Assembly (NCBI GenBank): GCA_040954595.2
Contig: CM082581.2
Coordinates: forward strand, 2,720,699-2,784,698
Direction: 5' to 3'
DNA: 64,000 nucleotides
Source of the DNA: Balanoglossus misakiensis
Taxonomy: Eukaryota; Animalia; Hemichordata
This document shows, in pieces, positions 58,653 to 64,000 of the stretch; position 1 is the stretch's first letter, and every line of letters starts with the position of its first letter. A program made the translations under genes and the position numbers. The notes under the pieces were generated by a model, which worked only from the letters and a program-made list of their open reading frames with translations, was not told where the DNA came from and searched no databases.

Positions 58653-59901
58653 CTAAGTAGTGCATTGTCTGCCTGATCTTGTTACGTGAAAGAGTTCATT
58701 TTCAATGTCGCCACTATCACTTTCTGAGTCACTTTCCTCTGAATCACCTAGTTCACCTATCACTACATGTTCATCTTCTTGTTCACTGTCCTCATCCAAG
58801 TCATCCTCTTCATCCTCCTGCTCATCCTCCTCTTTGTCCCTCTCATGGTTTACTCTGAGACTTTCCAGAGTTGTTTGACACAGTTTCCGGCCAATGTGCG
58901 CTTCAACTATTTTCAGTTTGTCTTTTTTCAGCATCTTTTTCTCTGTTGTCAATTTATGTCTGTTCATGTACATGTCTAGGGCTGCATTCACAAACACCTC
59001 TGAAGGGGGGGGGGGGGGGCGGGAGAATTCAATTTTTTTTTACCGCTAATTTTCACATGCCCCCGTACACAACCCGAAATATTTTCAAATCCCCCTTTCC
59101 GAACTGCCAAAATTTTGAAATCCCCCCCCCCCCCCATTTTCTTTCACAGAGCAAAACACATCACCTCTATATCTTGTAAAAAAGGAAAACAGCGCTCCCA
59201 TGAAAAGAATTTGAAACCGATGTTTCCCCTCATCAGTGGGTAGTAAAACTGAACGTTGTTTTTATTTTTTAAGTATTTGTATTCTGTGTTGGGAGACATT
59301 GTAAACCGAGAATTGAAGGGGGTGGGTTTGGGAGGGGGTGTCCCCCTCCCACGTAAGAAAATGTTATAAAATACAGAGCTCAAAGCTGCATGTTAATGAA
59401 CCCAACAAAAGCAAATTAACATCGCCGCTCAAAGTTATCATGGGGTGGGGGCAAGTCCCCTGACCTGGGACACTAGATAAACCAGTCAATGAGTGAAATG
59501 TGTTGATGAATGGAGGGGGTGGGTGTGGGAGGGGGTGTCCCCCTCCCAGATTAGAAAATTTGGATACTCCCTTATGTCATGAAATGCTAGTCATGATTCA
59601 GAGAACTGTTGGCACCAACAGATGAGGTTAGCAACAATCCTTTTATTTACAAAACAAGATACATGAAATTTATTCTTGTAGTTAAGGACCAAACCAAAAC
59701 ATTGTCAAAACTGTCATCCTCAGACAGCGGGAGGATATTCCATAGCCCCATCCCAAACTTGCCAAGAGCCCTCTCATTCAAGAAACCCCGCCCACATTTC
59801 TTTGTTATGGACTCAGTCTTTGACAGTGTAATAAATCTTTTAAAACTTTGAGGCTGACTTCTGCTCATTTGAAGTCTATACAATACATTCCCAGATCTCA
59901 A
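58653..59901 (-). pseudogene. Exon-like coding remnants (59647-59901 and acidic-tailed 58653-58997), probably a decayed transposon gene
   Basis: Protein-like composition, Asp/Glu tract ending HVTRSGRQCTT*, splice-like borders. No family recognised. Confidence 0.35.
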
Positions 59902-62900
59902 TATCTTCCTTCAAATTCAAGATTCACCTAATGTTAACCTTTTTTATGCTCTTATTCATGTAGATATTGAAATGCAACAGAGGTTATCGGCAGGTACAGA
60001 ATTTATTGGCTTTTAATTAAGAAATTGAAATGTTTGGTCTGTAAATTTGGGAAGCAAACATCTATTAATTGTATATAATGATCATAAATGTATATACCTG
60101 TAGATAAAGTGAGTACATGTGTGGTTGTAATCATACTGCAGGTGTGCATCTATTAACGAATTTGTGTATGGCTGTTCTATCATGCAATGGTAATGTTATT
60201 TTGAATGAGTTGTACATGCACGTACAGGACCTAGCTTTTTAAAACCTTGGGCAGAAAACTTTGCAAGCAAGTAGTTTCTGGATACGATTGCTATAATTAA
60301 AACTGACCAGAATGGTTGTGTCATGAATATGGAAGGATTCATATAAACACTGAAGTGGGGGGGGGGGGGTTGGCATCCTTTCTACTCATAGTTATATTCA
60401 TTTTGTTGACGTCCTCTTTCATGCTGCATCTCCTGACATTGTTACAATGATCGGGTACCTCAACAGTGAACTATGAATGAGCACTGAAACTCACACAAGT
60501 TGGATCCAACGTCAACATTTTCATGTATTTTGTACACGGTATTAGTGCAGTTTGGCCTTATGGTTGATGAAATTTATTTTCACGATTATAAAATTCAAGG
60601 ATTTGGCATTTGGCAGGTGGTTGTATGTGATTTTTCATTGCCAGGTGGTTGCTATAGCATGGCAACAAAATGCAATGCATTGATGATCTACCCAAAGCAA
60701 AGAATTAAATTTAAACATTTTTTCAGGTGTATGGAGGAATCTTTTCCCCACCTCTCTCCTTTAGATTGTGCAATTTATGCTCAAGAAATGCCCCCCCCCC
60801 TCCCATACTCTGTTAGTCCATGCCAGTGAACAGTGTGATATGGCATGGAATGTCAAAATTTCACTTAAACTCTTTTCTTGAAATCAAATATACATGCACC
60901 TCATACATAATTGGTGATCCATTCATGCATAACAGGTCTATTGCCTATCTCATGGTCACTCCACCAGAAATCCATGACAATGATACGTGGAAATTTTCTC
61001 TATAGTCAGATCCACTGTCAGGGCATTACTGATTAAACTGCCAATTTAATTAAGCACAATTTTATATGGGGGTTACACAGGGACCATTAATACGTTTCTA
61101 AAATGTCTCAGATCAAATACTTGCATAAATAATTATTTGTTACCAGTTCAAGTGGTGCTGAAACGTCTCAGATTCGAGACGGCTTTGACGACCTGCGCCG
61201 GTGTAAGGATTAATACCTCTAAACAACCCATTGTCTATGGGGCCAAGCCATAGTGCCTATACATAAATGTTGTATGTGGACAAGAGGCGAATCAAAGGAT
61301 TAATCCTCTGTATTTACCATAGGCAAGTAATGTCTCTCAAACACTGAGAATTTTGCCCTGTGTGAATCTGGTATTAATTTAAAAATATTTTCATGATTTT
61401 ACTTTTGAGTGGTCCAATTAAGTTAAAGTTTACTGGTCGGTGTACACAAACAAATCAGTAAACTTGATTGTGGCTAAGTATGTAAATACTGGTATGTACA
61501 AATAAAGAATAAAAAGGTGCCACACTCATTTCTTCAACTGTCTATTGCAAGAGTAGATAACTACTGTAGTATGCGCATATTGCTATTAATACCTCCAGAA
61601 AGTCAAACACTGGTATGTTAGAAAATCTGGATAGTGTGAATTTTAACACACTGCCAGGTAAAAAAACGAACACACATTGGAGGCAGTTTCTGGACATCCA
61701 AGTTTTTTAACAAAATTCACTCACAAAAAAAACCTTCATATTTATTTACTTTCCAGCTGACAGAATTAAAAGCCTTTCCAAGATTATTGGAGAGATTGAA
61801 AGCATGACAAATTTTTATTGAGTTGCAGCTCATGGGGCCTTAATGTGATATTAAGTTCTGTTTTTTTTCTGTGAGTGGCCAAGCTTTCATGCAACTCCTG
61901 TTACTGTCCCATTTATTGTGTTGGAGATTTCTCAAATTGGCTTGTGTGCCAATTTTTTTACTATAGGAGTTGAGTAGTGGAGTACGTTTTGAATCTTGTA
62001 AATACAAACCGACTTTCTATTTTCAGATGTAACACTGCTAGTGGACAGTGTTGTACCCAAAGTTTTCTGAAGCTCAGATGAGCAATGGAATCATTGCACT
62101 GAATGAGCTTTCATGTACCAGAATACTGTTTATTTTTAGCTACTGTTTATGTGTGCGCAGGTTTGAAACATTACAAGGAAACACTGCACTGTACCAGAAT
62201 ACACTCACTTAAAACTATTGAAGGTAGGGATTTTGTTATGTGGCATAAATTAAAACAGGCTTGCTTGCAAAATGAATTTGTGCAGTTAGACTGCTTACAA
62301 TCTAACCCCACGGTGTGCTTTGATTGGCCTACAAGGATCGGTTTGTTTGGACGTTAACATATACAAGTATATAGAGGCCAAGCAGATCAGATGATGTACA
62401 TGTCTCTTTGCACACATTCTGAATTTATCCAGCAATCTACTGGCACCTAGACCCATGTCTAACCAAGGGAGTGTTCAGCTAATGCATGGGGGGGGGGGGG
62501 AATGGACCAATTGTGGGGGAGGCATTTTTTCAAAATAATAGAAGGTGAAGGTCACATTTCATAAAGCTATATTCTTGTCGATTGAGTGTTCCATTATACA
62601 GCTGGTATTCCATTACATAGTATGTACTTGTAAATGATTATGTTTGCCAATGATACCCAGTTGTGGTCAGGGATAATGGTATTTGTGCAGTTAGATGCAC
62701 AGTATCTGATTTCTTATATGACCTCCCCATTTGTGTAGTATTCCATCTGGTAATTAGATTAGAATCAGTGACAAGAACATTGTTCGGAAAGTAAAATTAG
62801 TTTCAGTCTGGTTGGCATAAATGTTTTGAAGCTGTTAAAACTTTGAGATACCAGGTACATATGTAGATACCACAGACAACTGCATGAGGTTGGAAGGGGT

Positions 62901-63834
62901 AATTTCCAGTCATCTTTCTCAGATTTAAACAGAAGAAATTAAACAGTCTCTACATATCCAATGATTATCATTTTCAAAGGAAGAAAACACAGTAAGGGAA
63001 AACAATAGTTTTGATTATGGCCGAGTCAGTACTTCTGCTGTGAACCCAACCGAAAACATTACCGGTTATTGTGTGCTATAAAATGAGACCTATCCCCCAT
63101 CAGGGCTCCAGACACAACTATGGTGGGAGGAAGGGGAGAGGATCAGGAGGGGGGTAAGGTCAAATGCCATGCCATTTCAATCACTGCATGAGCGGAAAAT
63201 TTAACACTTTAAGTTTTGATTTACACGAGTGCTGGGTGGGCAGGATCAGAGCTATCACTTAGTCTCAAAACGAATGCCTTATGGAGCACCCACAAACACA
63301 ACTGTACCTTATTGTCTATTGTGTCATGACATCATGCGCCCAATGAGGAAAGCTGTTCAGTATTTGAAAAAAGATGTCTGGTCAAATCAGTGTACAACGA
63401 GTTTTATCTCCTTCAGATTCACAATCATTGGCTTCTGATATTAACATATTTTATACAAGGTTTTGACAAGCAAGACTTCTCTGAGGAGTGTGACATGAGG
63501 CTGTCCTCCTGTCCACCCCCATGCCAGAATGATGTAGTCATCACTGTGGGTGATGTAGTGCGACAACTCAAGTACCGTATATGAAACCTTGGACAGCCCC
63601 TGGCCCAGATGGTATAACTGGCAGTGTGCTGAAGGCGTGCGTGGATGGACTAGAGGCCTTGTTTCAGAATTTCTTTCAGCGCTCTATTGATACAGGCACT
63701 ACACCCAAAATTTGGAGGACTTAAAATTTTTTCCCAGTTCCTAAAATTACTTTTTCTTCAGAGCTAAAGCAACATCCTTCATAATGAAATGTTTGATATT
63801 GTCTCATCTACTCCCCTATGTTCAGTCAAAAGTA

Positions 63835-63975
63835 GATCCTAAAGGTACGGATGACGCAGCTTCTTGTCTCCTTCATAAATTGTTAAAACACCTTGATAAA
63901 GCCAGGCACTATGCCAGGATTATATTCATCGACTTCAGTTCTTCTTTCAACACCACTTAGCGTCACATTATGATA
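63835..63975 (+). pseudogene. Rex1/Babar-like LINE RT fragment
   Basis: 63841 onward translates KGTDDAASCLLHKLLKHLDKARHYARIIFIDFSSSFNTT*. Confidence 0.75.
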
Positions 63976-64000
63976 GACATATCATTGCAGGTAGGTGCAC

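Overview
AT-rich, intron-rich eukaryotic (metazoan) genomic DNA, almost entirely nested transposons. An invertebrate deuterostome is plausible but cannot be proven from sequence. (1) 15447-28572: a complete Chapaev-type (RAG1/Transib-related) DNA transposon with CAC..GTG ends and a 4-bp TSD. Its 9-exon transposase (~965 aa by my manual splicing) carries the RAG1-like N-terminal region (CRICG/HP..C zinc module, basic patch, C3HC4 RING, zinc finger). Its two ends are bipartite, with spacers of 15 vs 5 bp, one helical turn apart, like 12/23 RSSs. It sits in one copy of a 1.64-kb tandem duplication and is interrupted by (2) a PAT/DIRS tyrosine-recombinase retrotransposon (19681-26077). (3) 34962-51801: an IS3EU-like DNA transposon inserted in a CR1/L2 RT remnant, with convergent SAM-HECT ligase and SAM-DDE transposase genes. 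Its transposase is interrupted by (4) an intact Gypsy element (44766-50266) with TA..TA LTRs and an apparent self-priming PBS. (5) 1-12.4 kb: a minus-strand series of short exons whose neighbouring pairs are mutually complementary, so hairpins are closed by splicing (candidate structured non-coding RNA). The rest is MITEs, Helentron-like repeats, local duplications and LINE fragments. All calls are from reading the sequence by eye; no database search was run.
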